64,000 nt of DNA. Source: Planctomycetota bacterium. Its GTDB lineage: Bacteria; Planctomycetota; JAJSAM01; JAJVHW01. The notes below the pieces were generated by a model. It saw nothing but the letters and a program-made list of their open reading frames with translations, did no database searches and was not told the DNA's origin. The stretch spans positions 1,152,001-1,216,000 of the forward strand of contig CBDFJG010000003.1 in assembly GCA_965248445.1 (NCBI GenBank). The letters run 5' to 3'. The translations under genes and the position numbers were made by a program. Below are positions 41,326-49,885 of this stretch, one piece after another (position 1 is the first letter of the stretch; every line of letters begins with the position of its first letter).

Positions 41326-41549
41326 CCCGCGCGGAGTTTGTCGGCATCGAGCGCCAGATCCACGTCGATGCTGCCCACGTGCGGCTCCTCGGCGTCGGGC
41401 AGCAGCAGATCCGGCACCCAGCCACCGACCACCACGATGCTGTCGGTGAAGAAGGATCCGAGCACCTGGCCGAGATCGACCAGCACGCGGTGCGCCGCCT
41501 CGATCTGACGGTCGGAGTAGTCGTGCTGCGTGCGGGGCTCGGGCATCAT
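41326..41549 (-). pseudogene. Truncated nucleotidyltransferase (AbiEii-like toxin), N-terminal part only
   Basis: ATGA-coupled to the upstream antitoxin; IVVVGGWVP..HVGSIDVDLAL (GG...DxD NTase motif), then homology is lost after ~75 aa. Confidence 0.7.
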
Positions 41550-42694
41550 GCGGAACCGACCGCCTTCCACGCCCGTAGCAGGCGCTGCTCCAGAACCGCC
41601 TGCGCGGCTTCCTCGCCGCGCCCGCCGCAGTGGAGCAGGTCCACGTAGGTCTGCACGGGATCGGTGCAGCCGAGCGTCCGGTCGCCGACGTGGCCGTCCG
41701 CGTCGAACGAGAGGAACACGCCGGAGTCCTCGGGAACCAGCACGACGAGGTTCTCGCCGGAGTCGACCACCTTGGCCTGCGCATGCCGCTCCAGCGCACC
41801 CAGGTACTCGGACGCGACGTAGAGCCAGGTCTTGGGCTGGCGAACCTGGGGCGCCTGACGCTCGGCCGCAGAGAACGCCGCGAACACAGCCATCCCGCCG
41901 GCATCGAGGCCCGTGCGGTAGAGGGCTTCGTCGAGCTGAGATCGCTTGAGCAGCGTGAAGTAGGACCGGCGCTCGTGCTGGTCGAACCGGTACTCCTCGC
42001 TCCAGGCCCGGAGCAGCCCGGTGGCGTCACTGACGCGGACGCCGCTGACCTCGGCTTCGCTCACATAGCCCTCGTCCCGCAGGTGGCGGACGACCTTGTT
42101 CACGAGCCCAAGGCTGACGGGCCGATCACGCGAGACCTGCCAGCAGGTGCTGTCGCGCAGGTCGCGCTGGGTCCACGTGCGTCCGGCGTGGCCGGGACTG
42201 AGCAGGACGCGCAGAACACGCGCCGTCGCCGCGGTGCCGAGGTTCGCGCCGCGCTTGCGGGGTCGCCGGACGGGCTCGTTGCCACGGCGCTCGATGCGGA
42301 TCTGGCCCGGCACGTCAATCCAGCAGTTCCCGGCGAGGTCGAGCCAACTCCACCGCGCGCGGCGGCAGAGCTCGGCCATGCGCGGCGAGACGTGGGGCAG
42401 GGCGAGGAGCGGGACGGCATGGTGCGCCCACGCAGAGGACGAGCGCGCGGCCGACCACGAGAAGAAGGTGCTCGGGCGCATCTCGCTCTTGACCCAGACG
42501 TGGAGCGCCGCGCGGCTACCGGACTCCGAGGCGAGTTGGATCGTCGCGTCCGGCCCCTGGTCGTGCGGGCTCCCCGGGCTCGGGGTCTCCGTCAGCCACC
42601 CGATCTCGCCGAGGAGGGCCTGGAGACGGTCGAGCAGGGCCCGCTCCAGGGCGGGACCGCTACGGGGGGCGTTCACGGATTGCTGTCTGTTCAC
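41546..42694 (-). CDS. Type IV toxin-antitoxin AbiEi-like antitoxin / transcriptional regulator
   Basis: WLDLAGNC, wHTH VSLGLVNKVVRHLRDEGY, C-terminal DPVQTYVDLLHCGGRGEEAA. Confidence 0.75.
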   Translation of the reverse strand: MNRQQSVNAPRSGPALERALLDRLQALLGEIGWLTETPSPGSPHDQGPDATIQLASESGSRAALHVWVKSEMRPSTFFSWSAARSSSAWAHHAVPLLALPHVSPRMAELCRRARWSWLDLAGNCWIDVPGQIRIERRGNEPVRRPRKRGANLGTAATARVLRVLLSPGHAGRTWTQRDLRDSTCWQVSRDRPVSLGLVNKVVRHLRDEGYVSEAEVSGVRVSDATGLLRAWSEEYRFDQHERRSYFTLLKRSQLDEALYRTGLDAGGMAVFAAFSAAERQAPQVRQPKTWLYVASEYLGALERHAQAKVVDSGENLVVLVPEDSGVFLSFDADGHVGDRTLGCTDPVQTYVDLLHCGGRGEEAAQAVLEQRLLRAWKAVGSA

Positions 42695-42726
42695 GATGCC
42701 GTGAACATACCACTATCCGTGAACGC
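42669..42726. promoter_or_regulatory. Nested inverted repeats, probable antitoxin operator
   Basis: GCGTTCACGGAT (42669-80) / ATCCGTGAACGC (42715-26) enclose TGTTCACG (42688-95) / CGTGAACA (42700-07), over the antitoxin start. Confidence 0.6.
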
Positions 42727-42784
42727 GGCAAGCCGGAACTTGCTCCAGGAGGCTCGGCGAGCCTGACAGGCGACAGGCGCGCCG

Positions 42785-43198
42785 TCAGCCGACCACCCGA
42801 ACCCCACGGTACGCGTACGGTGAGGCCGGCCGATCCGGTAGCACCACGAGCCGGGAGAGCGCCATGACGGCCGCCACCACCCCGTCGATCCGGCGCGTCC
42901 CCTGCGCGGCGCCGCCGGGCTTGACCGGCTTGATGTTCCCGGCCGGGTCCGACGCCACCTCGCCGTTGGCCACGCACCAGCGCATGACCGGGTTGCCGTC
43001 GTGGCACAGGCGACCCGAGCGCACGAGCGTCTCGAAGAGCTTCGAGGGTCCTGAGAGCGAGGCGTAGCCCTGGCGGACCTCGACCATCTCGACGCCTGCT
43101 GCGACGAGCGAGCTGGCGAGGTGGGTCGCGTTCCAGGGGTCGTAGCCGATCTCGGCAAGGCCAGCAAACCGCGGGCGGATCTCCTCCATGATGACGCG
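42785..43198 (-). pseudogene. C-terminal nuclease fragment of a second phage terminase large subunit, in frame with IS3 OrfB
   Basis: IGYDPWNA, EVRQGYASLSGPSK, HDGNPVMRWCVAN, NIKPVK, RIDGVVAAVMAL. Confidence 0.85.
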
Positions 43199-44098
43199 GT
43201 GGGCCGCGTCGAGGACGACCGATCGGGCGGCGAGGGCAGCCTCGGCGCGGCCGTAGTGGACGGTCTCGGGCGTGAGCAGTCCGAGACCCAAGTGGCGATG
43301 CTCGCGGTTGTACCAGTCGAAGAAGGCGCGGCAGTGGGCGCGCGCATCCTGGATCGAGCCGAAGCGCGCGGGGAAGTCCGGCCGGTACTTCATGGTGCGG
43401 AACTGGCTCTCGCTGAAGGCGTTGTCGTTGGACGTGTGCGGCCGGCTGTGGGACTTGGTGACCCCGAGGTCCGCGAGCTTGAGCGCCAGCGTCTTGGAGA
43501 TCATCGGCGGCCCGCGATCGGCGTGCAGCGTCAGCTCACCGGCGCGGGTCCCCTGCTTGTCGCACGCGTGCGCGACGAGTTCCTTGGCCAGCGTGCCGCT
43601 CTCGCACGCAGCCAGCGTCCAGCCGACGACGCAGCGAGAGTAGATGTCGATCACGACGTAGAGGTAGTCGTACGTCCACTTCACCGGGCCCTTGAGCTTG
43701 GTGATGTCCCAGCTCCACACCTGGTTGGGCGCCGTCGCCAGCAGCTCGGGCTTGCTGTACGCCGGATGACGCAGTTGGTTGCGGCGCTCACGCACGGCGC
43801 CGGCGGCCGCGAGGATGCGATACATCGTGCGCGCCGAGCACAGGTAGCGCCCCTCGTCGAGCAGCGTGGCCCAGATCGTCCGCGGCGCGTGGTCCACGAA
43901 GCGCTCCTCGTTCAGGACGGCGAGCACCGCCAGGCGTTCTTGGGTCGAGAGCGCCCGCGGCGACGGCGGGCGCGGCTGCTGGGGCCGGGGGCACGCCCGT
44001 GCCGTCCGGCGCCGGTAGAGCGTGGCACGCGCCACGCCGAGCGCGCGGCAGGCCGGGGCGACGCCGACGCGTCCTCCCAGGTCCTCCGCCGCGCTCAC
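42785..44098 (-). CDS. Chimeric ORF: IS3 OrfB DDE transposase fused to a terminase C-terminus
   Basis: APNQVWSWDITKL, HADRG, NDNAFSESQFRTMKY, WYNREHRH, then terminase motifs after ...VLDAAH. Confidence 0.8.
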   Translation of the reverse strand: MSAAEDLGGRVGVAPACRALGVARATLYRRRTARACPRPQQPRPPSPRALSTQERLAVLAVLNEERFVDHAPRTIWATLLDEGRYLCSARTMYRILAAAGAVRERRNQLRHPAYSKPELLATAPNQVWSWDITKLKGPVKWTYDYLYVVIDIYSRCVVGWTLAACESGTLAKELVAHACDKQGTRAGELTLHADRGPPMISKTLALKLADLGVTKSHSRPHTSNDNAFSESQFRTMKYRPDFPARFGSIQDARAHCRAFFDWYNREHRHLGLGLLTPETVHYGRAEAALAARSVVLDAAHRVIMEEIRPRFAGLAEIGYDPWNATHLASSLVAAGVEMVEVRQGYASLSGPSKLFETLVRSGRLCHDGNPVMRWCVANGEVASDPAGNIKPVKPGGAAQGTRRIDGVVAAVMALSRLVVLPDRPASPYAYRGVRVVG

Positions 44099-44664
44099 GT
44101 GTCGCTCCCGCTCGTCTCGGGCATCTCGATGCCCAGCAGCCGTGAGACTTTTTTCTGCACGGCGAGGATCGTCTCAGCGGTCTCAAGCCGCTGGCGCAGC
44201 CGGACGTTCTCGCGCTCGAGCTGCGTCAGGCGCCGCTTGAGGGCGCGGGCCGGGTCGGGCCTGGGGCCGCGACGCTTGGGCGCGAGCGCGTCGAGTTGGC
44301 CCTGGTCGCGCGCACGCCGCCAGGCCACCAGGTGCGAAGAGTAGAGCCCCTCGCGGCGCAGCAGCGCCCCCACCTCACCGGGCTTCGTGCAGCTGTCGGC
44401 CTCGCCCAGGATGCGCAGCTTGTACGCCGCGCTGAAGCGCCTCCTGGTGGCGCGCGGCACGACCTCCGGGTCGGGGACGCCCCCCTCCTCGCCGTCGCGC
44501 GCGCCGGGGGAGCCCCCTGCGCCTCGTGAGGGCTCGCTCCGCTCGCCCTCCCTCGGCTCCGGGATCTCCACCGGCCCTGTGTTCCTCTTCTTCGTCATCG
44601 CTCAATCCTCCATCGCCCTGCACAGTAATCATCCGGGGGGCGGTGTCTCAGCGATGTTGGCACA
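43199..44664 (-). mobile_element. IS3-family element (third type), right end deleted
   Basis: orfA and orfB on the minus strand; probable left end TGTGCCAACATCGCTGAGACACC (exact tip uncertain); no right IR found. Confidence 0.82.
44095..44598 (-). CDS. IS3 transposase OrfA
   Basis: RRRFSAAYKLRIL..GALLRREGLYSSHL; QKK encoded by CAGAAAAAAG (A6G run). Confidence 0.88.
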   Translation of the reverse strand: MTKKRNTGPVEIPEPREGERSEPSRGAGGSPGARDGEEGGVPDPEVVPRATRRRFSAAYKLRILGEADSCTKPGEVGALLRREGLYSSHLVAWRRARDQGQLDALAPKRRGPRPDPARALKRRLTQLERENVRLRQRLETAETILAVQKKVSRLLGIEMPETSGSDT

Positions 44665-46063
44665 GAGGGCATCGGCTGCGAGCTGTGAGTCAAACCCAGA
44701 CCACAGGAGGCAGACCGATGACGCAGGAGATCGTGCGCGACGAGGGGACACTTGCCAAGGTGCTGGGGGGCCCGGAGGGGGACTTCTTGCGGGAGGCGCT
44801 CACGCGCTTCGTCCACGAGCTGATGGAGGCCGAGGCGACAGCCCGAGCCGGAGCGGAGCCGTACGAGCGCAGCGAGCTCAGGCGCGCGTACCGCAACGGA
44901 CACCGGGGACGGCAGTGGCTCACGCGGCTCGGTGAGATCGCGCTGCAGGTCCCCCGGCTGCGTGACGCCAGCTACTTCCCGAGCTTCCTCGAGGCGCGCA
45001 AGCGCGGCGAGCGGGCGCTGGTGTCGGTGGTCCAGGAGGCCTACGTGCTGGGGCTCAGCACGCGCAAGGTGGACGAGCTCGTCGAGGTGATGGGCGGCAC
45101 CGGCGTGTCCAAGAGCACCGTGAGCCGGCTCTGCAAGGAGCTCGACCAGGAGGCGGCCGCCTTCCGCGAGCGCCCGCTTGAGGGCGCGGTGCCCTACCTG
45201 TGGCTCGACGCCGTGTACGAGAAGGTCAGGGAAGGCGGCCACGTGATCTCGATGGCGGTCGTGCTGGCGATCGGCGTCGCCCAGGACGGCACGCGCAGCG
45301 TGATCGGCGTGGACGTGGGCCACACCGAGGACGAGGCCTTCTGGACGAGCTTCTTGCGCTCGCTGGTGCAGCGCGGCCTGGAAGGCGTGCAACTCGTCGT
45401 CAGTGACGCGCACGGAGGGCTGCGCAACGCGATCGGCAAGGTCCTCGTGGGCGCGACCTGGCAGCGCTGCCGCGTGCACACGATGCGCAACGTCCTGACC
45501 CACGTGCCCAAGCAGCAGCAGGCCATGGTGATGGCGGCCGTGAAGACGATCTTCGCCCAGCCGAGCCAGGAGCAGGCGCTCGCTCAGCTCGCGCAGATCG
45601 TCGAGACGCTCCGGAAGAAGTGCCCGAAGGCCGCCGACGTCCTCGAAGACGCGGCCGAGGACGTCTTGGCCTACATGGCCTTCCCGTCCGAGCACTGGCG
45701 CCAGATCCACTCGACCAACCCGCTCGAGCGCCAGAACAAGGAGATCCGGCGCCGGACCCGCGTCGTGGGCATCTTCCCCAACCGAGCGTCGCTGCTCCGA
45801 CTCGTCACGATGCTGATGGCCGAGCAGCACGACGAGTGGCAGGCCGCCGAGCGGGCCTACATGAGCAAGACCTCGATGGCCAAGGTAGTGGAGTCGCTCA
45901 CGCCGCCGCCGAGCTTGATGAAGGAGGTGGCCACCGGGGGACCGCGACCGCGTGGGGAGTCGGCTCCGGTCGGCCCTCCGGGCCTCCCTCCGCCGACTCC
46001 CCACGCACGATCACGAACCAACGACTCGCAGATCGAATCTCCACACTTGACGGGACACCAACC
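44665..46063 (+). mobile_element. IS256-family element; left IR not identified
   Basis: Transposase plus right-end-like sequence TCCACACTTGACGGGACACCAACC; 15-bp perfect hairpin 45950-45964 / 45992-46006. Confidence 0.82.
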
Positions 46064-47864
46064 GCCGGCCGGCGGAGAGACTCTGTGCACCGCGTGCGCA
46101 CCGCCGTCCGCAACGACCGACGCGGCGACGATGTCCCCCATCCGCCGCCAGGTCTTCATGGCGAAGTACACGGAGCTGCGCCAGAAGAGCGATGGAGATC
46201 CACGCAACGTGGAGCTGCGGCTCGACGCAGCGCGCGTTGCCGAGACTCTCGGCCTGACCCTGGAGGCGGTGGAACACCTTCGCGCCGCCATCGAGGAACA
46301 ACCGAATCACCTCGAGGCCGCCGCTCGCTACAAGGCGCTGCGCCGTCAGCTCGAGGCCGCGGAGATGCGCGACGCAGGCGAGTACGCACCGCCGCCGCGG
46401 CGCCCGCACCGCAACGATCCTCCGTTCTGGAACGACCTCGGCAGCGTGCTCGCGTATCCGCTGCGCGGCCGCGGGAAGATGGTCCTCGGTGCAGGCGCGA
46501 TCTTCTTCGGCCTCGCCGAACTCACGTCCTCGCTCAGCATCATCGGCGGCATCGTGATGCTGTTCATCTGGGGCTACGTCGTCGCATACCTGTTCGACGT
46601 CATCGGGTCGACGGGCGCGGGCAAGGACCAGCCACCGGAGCTCCCGGAGGTCGCGAGCTTCCTCGACAACATGCTGTTCCCGGGGCTGCAGTACGGCCTG
46701 ATGTCGGCGTTCGCGTTCCTGCCGTGCATCGTCGTCGTCGCACTCGGTGCGACCCTCGGGATCGGCGCGCTTCCGACGATGCTGATCGGTCTTCTCACGT
46801 TCGCGGGCGGCTGCGTCGCGTTTCCCATGTGCCTCATGGTCCGTGGGCTGATGCAGGACTGGCGGCCCGCGATCAACCCGGCAATCGTGTTCGGCGCGAT
46901 CGCCCGTGTGCTGCCGGACTACCTCGCCGCGTTCGTGGCGCTGGCCGTGATGTGGTCGGCCTACGTGCTGCTTCTCGCCGTCGCGATGGTCGTGGTCACG
47001 CTGGTGTTCGGCCCACCCACCGCCGACGCGGTCCTGACGATGGTGCCCATGCGGATACTCGGCTGGATCGTCATGACGTTCATCAGCTGGCCGATGCTGC
47101 TGTACTGCATCACGCTCGAGGGGCACATCCTCGGCCGGGTCTACCGCCAGGGCGCTACCCGTCTTGGGTGGTTCGTGCAGCGCGAGGGCAACTCGCGACC
47201 CGTCCCGAAGCCCGGCGCGATGCTCTGGATCGCGGCTCTCGGTGCGTGCCTCCTGTTCGGCGCCGTGGGCTTCGGAGCGATGACGCTGTACGAGCAGACC
47301 TCGGGACGCGGGTCGTTCTCGGCCCCGCGCTTTCCCGCGCCGCAAGGCGGCAAGCTGACCTACTACTGGGAGAGCACAGACGGTCCCGCTGGGCTCGTCA
47401 CGTACGAGTTCGAGCCCCAGGCCGACGGCACGGTCAAGGTCATCATCGAGACGCGCCGCCCGGAGGAGCCGCCCGAAGAGGCGTACCGCTCGCAGGTGGG
47501 CACCTTGAACACGACGACGGCGAAGTGGATCTCCGCCGAACCGGTGTTCGTCGGCGACGAGAGGCTCCCGATCGCTGCGGACATGGACGTGATGTTCTAC
47601 GGACCCCTCAAGGGCACCGTGGACAGCCCGTACGTCGCGGGCTGGAGCGTAAAGGAACGCATGACCTGGCAGGACCAGTGGGACGTGTACCGCGTCGTCG
47701 ACGACATGTCGGGCGACGTGTTCTACGACGCGCGCACCGGGATCCTCGTCGGCCGCCGCTGGAACGGCGTCGGCGTGCAGGTGCAGGAGTGGCTGGTTGA
47801 CTACGAGGGCATCCAGGGCCTCGGCGGATGCCCCGTGCCGAACCGCAACTTCCCGGATCGGTGA
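44718..47864 (+). CDS. IS256 transposase reading through, in frame, into a truncated host membrane protein (1048 aa)
   Basis: AGGAGG RBS; YRNG, VPRLR, YLWLDA, VVSDAHGGL, WQRCRVH, STNPLERQNKEIRRRT; no stop before 47864. Confidence 0.8.
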   Translation: MTQEIVRDEGTLAKVLGGPEGDFLREALTRFVHELMEAEATARAGAEPYERSELRRAYRNGHRGRQWLTRLGEIALQVPRLRDASYFPSFLEARKRGERALVSVVQEAYVLGLSTRKVDELVEVMGGTGVSKSTVSRLCKELDQEAAAFRERPLEGAVPYLWLDAVYEKVREGGHVISMAVVLAIGVAQDGTRSVIGVDVGHTEDEAFWTSFLRSLVQRGLEGVQLVVSDAHGGLRNAIGKVLVGATWQRCRVHTMRNVLTHVPKQQQAMVMAAVKTIFAQPSQEQALAQLAQIVETLRKKCPKAADVLEDAAEDVLAYMAFPSEHWRQIHSTNPLERQNKEIRRRTRVVGIFPNRASLLRLVTMLMAEQHDEWQAAERAYMSKTSMAKVVESLTPPPSLMKEVATGGPRPRGESAPVGPPGLPPPTPHARSRTNDSQIESPHLTGHQPPAGGETLCTACAPPSATTDAATMSPIRRQVFMAKYTELRQKSDGDPRNVELRLDAARVAETLGLTLEAVEHLRAAIEEQPNHLEAAARYKALRRQLEAAEMRDAGEYAPPPRRPHRNDPPFWNDLGSVLAYPLRGRGKMVLGAGAIFFGLAELTSSLSIIGGIVMLFIWGYVVAYLFDVIGSTGAGKDQPPELPEVASFLDNMLFPGLQYGLMSAFAFLPCIVVVALGATLGIGALPTMLIGLLTFAGGCVAFPMCLMVRGLMQDWRPAINPAIVFGAIARVLPDYLAAFVALAVMWSAYVLLLAVAMVVVTLVFGPPTADAVLTMVPMRILGWIVMTFISWPMLLYCITLEGHILGRVYRQGATRLGWFVQREGNSRPVPKPGAMLWIAALGACLLFGAVGFGAMTLYEQTSGRGSFSAPRFPAPQGGKLTYYWESTDGPAGLVTYEFEPQADGTVKVIIETRRPEEPPEEAYRSQVGTLNTTTAKWISAEPVFVGDERLPIAADMDVMFYGPLKGTVDSPYVAGWSVKERMTWQDQWDVYRVVDDMSGDVFYDARTGILVGRRWNGVGVQVQEWLVDYEGIQGLGGCPVPNRNFPDR
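46064..47864 (+). pseudogene. Host TPR-like plus multi-TM (DUF4013-like) protein, 5' end lost to IS256
   Basis: Residual half zinc finger LCTAC, helical repeat, several TM helices with PPELP, and a soluble C-terminal domain; could re-initiate at ATG 46131. Confidence 0.6.
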
Positions 47865-47893
47865 GCTAGCGCGCCGTCGGCTACATTCCGCGC

Positions 47894-48418
47894 ATGCCTT
47901 GCATGCACCGCATCCGGAACGCCTGGATCATGGACAACGCCCGCGTGCTGGGGGACGTCACGCTCGGTGACGACGTCAGCATCTGGTGCGGCGTCGCCAT
48001 CCGCGGCGACGTGGCGCCCGTCACGATCGGTGCCCGCACCAACGTGCAGGACAACGTCGTCGTGCACTGCGACTCGGGCGACGAGAACGTGATCGGCAGC
48101 GACGTGACGATCGGCCACGCCGCGCTCGTGCACGGCATCCGCGTCGGCAGCGGATCGCTGATCGGGATCGGAGCCCGTCTCCTGGCAGGGACCGTGATCG
48201 GTCAGGGCTGCCTCGTCGCCGCCGGAACGGTGGTGCCGCCGAGGCTGTACGTCCCCGACGGAATGGTCGTGATGGGAGTCCCGGGACGCGTGGTGCGCCC
48301 GGTCAGCGACGAGGAACGCGCTCACTTCCTCTACGCGGTGCAGAGCTACCTCGACCTCGCGCGACGGCACACCGAACGGCCCGACGATCCGAGCGTTCGA
48401 CAGTACGGAGCCGATTGA
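47894..48418 (+). CDS. Gamma carbonic anhydrase family protein
   Basis: GDVTLGDDVSIW..IRGD..IGARTNVQDNVVVH..VTIGHAALVHG hexapeptide repeats with His ligands. Confidence 0.92.
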   Translation: MPCMHRIRNAWIMDNARVLGDVTLGDDVSIWCGVAIRGDVAPVTIGARTNVQDNVVVHCDSGDENVIGSDVTIGHAALVHGIRVGSGSLIGIGARLLAGTVIGQGCLVAAGTVVPPRLYVPDGMVVMGVPGRVVRPVSDEERAHFLYAVQSYLDLARRHTERPDDPSVRQYGAD

Positions 48419-48423
48419 CCGGT

Positions 48424-48599
48424 AGCCGGCAGGACTCTCGCCCTGCCGGCCGGATTGCGAAGGGAGACGCTTCCACGCGCTGTACGGATCGAGCGGACCA
48501 GGGTTTGTGGTCCACGCGCAGTCCTGACTCTCCAACGCCGCGCGATCCCCTCATCGAGAGCTACTGGCCCCTCATTGATCGCTGCGGGCGTCCCCTCCC
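48424..48599 (-). ncRNA. Candidate structured ncRNA (6S RNA-like rod plus a GNRA-capped 3' hairpin)
   Basis: Folded by hand. Minus-strand stems GGGGACGC/GCGTCTCC, GATC..GAG.GGCCAG/CTGGTC..CTC.GATC and CGCGCGG/CTGCGCG with a central bubble, then GGCCGGCAGGGC-GAGA-GTCCTGCCGGCT. Confidence 0.5.
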
Positions 48600-48649
48600 G
48601 GAGACGTCTTCGATGCAGCCTGGAACGCGAATGCGCAGAAGCGGGTTCC

Positions 48650-49642
48650 CTAGGCGTCGCGGGATTTCAGCGGCGCCCCGAACACGTACGCGCGGTGAGG
48701 CGTCGTGCCCCGGAAGTCCTCTGGGATGGTCTGCGCTGTGATCTCGCGCATCGGCAGATCGGGCAATCCGCTCTCTGCGAGCTGGAAACCGCGGGCGTTG
48801 TTGCTGAACAGCAGCGTGCCGCCGGGCGCCAGGACGGCCGCGCAGGCGGCGAGCAGCGCTGGGTGGTCGCGGGCGACGGCGAACGTCGCCGCCATGGACT
48901 TCGACGCGGAGAAGGTGGGCGGATCGCAGACGATGAGGTCGAAGCTCTCCCCGCGCTCACGCGCGCCGGACAGGAACGCAAACGCCTCGCTCGCCACGAC
49001 GCGGTAGCGGTCCGGGTCGAGGAACCCGTTCCTCTCGAGGTTGCGGTCGGCCCACTCGCTGTACGTGTTGCTCATGTCCACGGATACGACCCGCTGCGCT
49101 CCGCCCGCCGCCGCGTGACAGGAGAACGTGCCCGTGTATGCAAACAGATTGAGCACGGTGCGCCCCTCGGACGCGCGCTGCACGAGCTGCCGCGTCGTCC
49201 GGTGATGCAGGAACAGACCTGTGTCCAGATAGTCCGAGAGGTTGACCTCGAACGAGAGATCCCCCTCGCGAACCTCCCGGACGTGCCGGCGTCCGCCGAG
49301 CCGCATGTACTGGCCCGCGCCGGGAACATCGCGTTGACGTCCCTTCTGCCGGCGCCGCCGCTTCACGAAGACATGCTCGTCGTCCAGTTCGAGCGCGTCG
49401 CGGACCGCGGAGACTGCGGACGTCAGCCAGGCCAGGTCCGCCGCCTGATCGTCGTCGCGCTTGCGATCGTAGGCCCACACCACCGCGTCCCCGTCGTACC
49501 ACTCGACAACGAGCGGCTGATCCGGCAAGTCGCGATCGTAGATGCGGAAACAGGGGATGCCCTGGCGTCGCGCCCACTTCGCCACGTGCTTGCGGCGCTT
49601 GCGCACACGGTTGGCAAGCATCTCGAAAGGGGAGCCGGACAT
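48650..49642 (-). CDS. Class I SAM-dependent rRNA methyltransferase (stand-alone RlmK-like half of RlmKL)
   Basis: MLANRVRK..KWARRQGIPCFRIYDRD, DYLDTGLFL, VLNLFAYTG, VDMSNTY, DPPTFSASK. Confidence 0.88.
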   Translation of the reverse strand: MSGSPFEMLANRVRKRRKHVAKWARRQGIPCFRIYDRDLPDQPLVVEWYDGDAVVWAYDRKRDDDQAADLAWLTSAVSAVRDALELDDEHVFVKRRRRQKGRQRDVPGAGQYMRLGGRRHVREVREGDLSFEVNLSDYLDTGLFLHHRTTRQLVQRASEGRTVLNLFAYTGTFSCHAAAGGAQRVVSVDMSNTYSEWADRNLERNGFLDPDRYRVVASEAFAFLSGARERGESFDLIVCDPPTFSASKSMAATFAVARDHPALLAACAAVLAPGGTLLFSNNARGFQLAESGLPDLPMREITAQTIPEDFRGTTPHRAYVFGAPLKSRDA

Positions 49643-49797
49643 GGCGACAGGGTGCCGCGCCGACGCAGGCAGACGGCCAAAAGACGCGGCCCGAAAGAGG
49701 ACGCGGGCGGGGCAGCACCCGCCTCGACAGCGAGCTCTCTGCCGAGATGCGAATCGCGAGGGCGCGACGGTTGCGTAGCAAGCGGCGTGACCGCAGC

Positions 49798-49880
49798 CCT
49801 CCGTAGCGGTCAGAGACCGCGTAGGAGGGAGACGTCGTCGTGGGCGCGTGGCGGGAGGATCGCCTCGCGATCCTCATGAC
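49798..49880. repeat. Two-hairpin intergenic repeat, copy B
   Basis: CCTCCGTAGCGGTCAGAGACCGCGTAGGAGGGA, a 27-nt spacer, then GATCGCCTCGCGATCCTCATGAC. Confidence 0.75.
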
Positions 49881-49885
49881 ACGCG

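Noticed and set aside
44638..44660. Left IR of IS256 overlapping the IS3 left end
   Set aside because: Only a partial match to the right IR; the sequence is better explained as the IS3 end.
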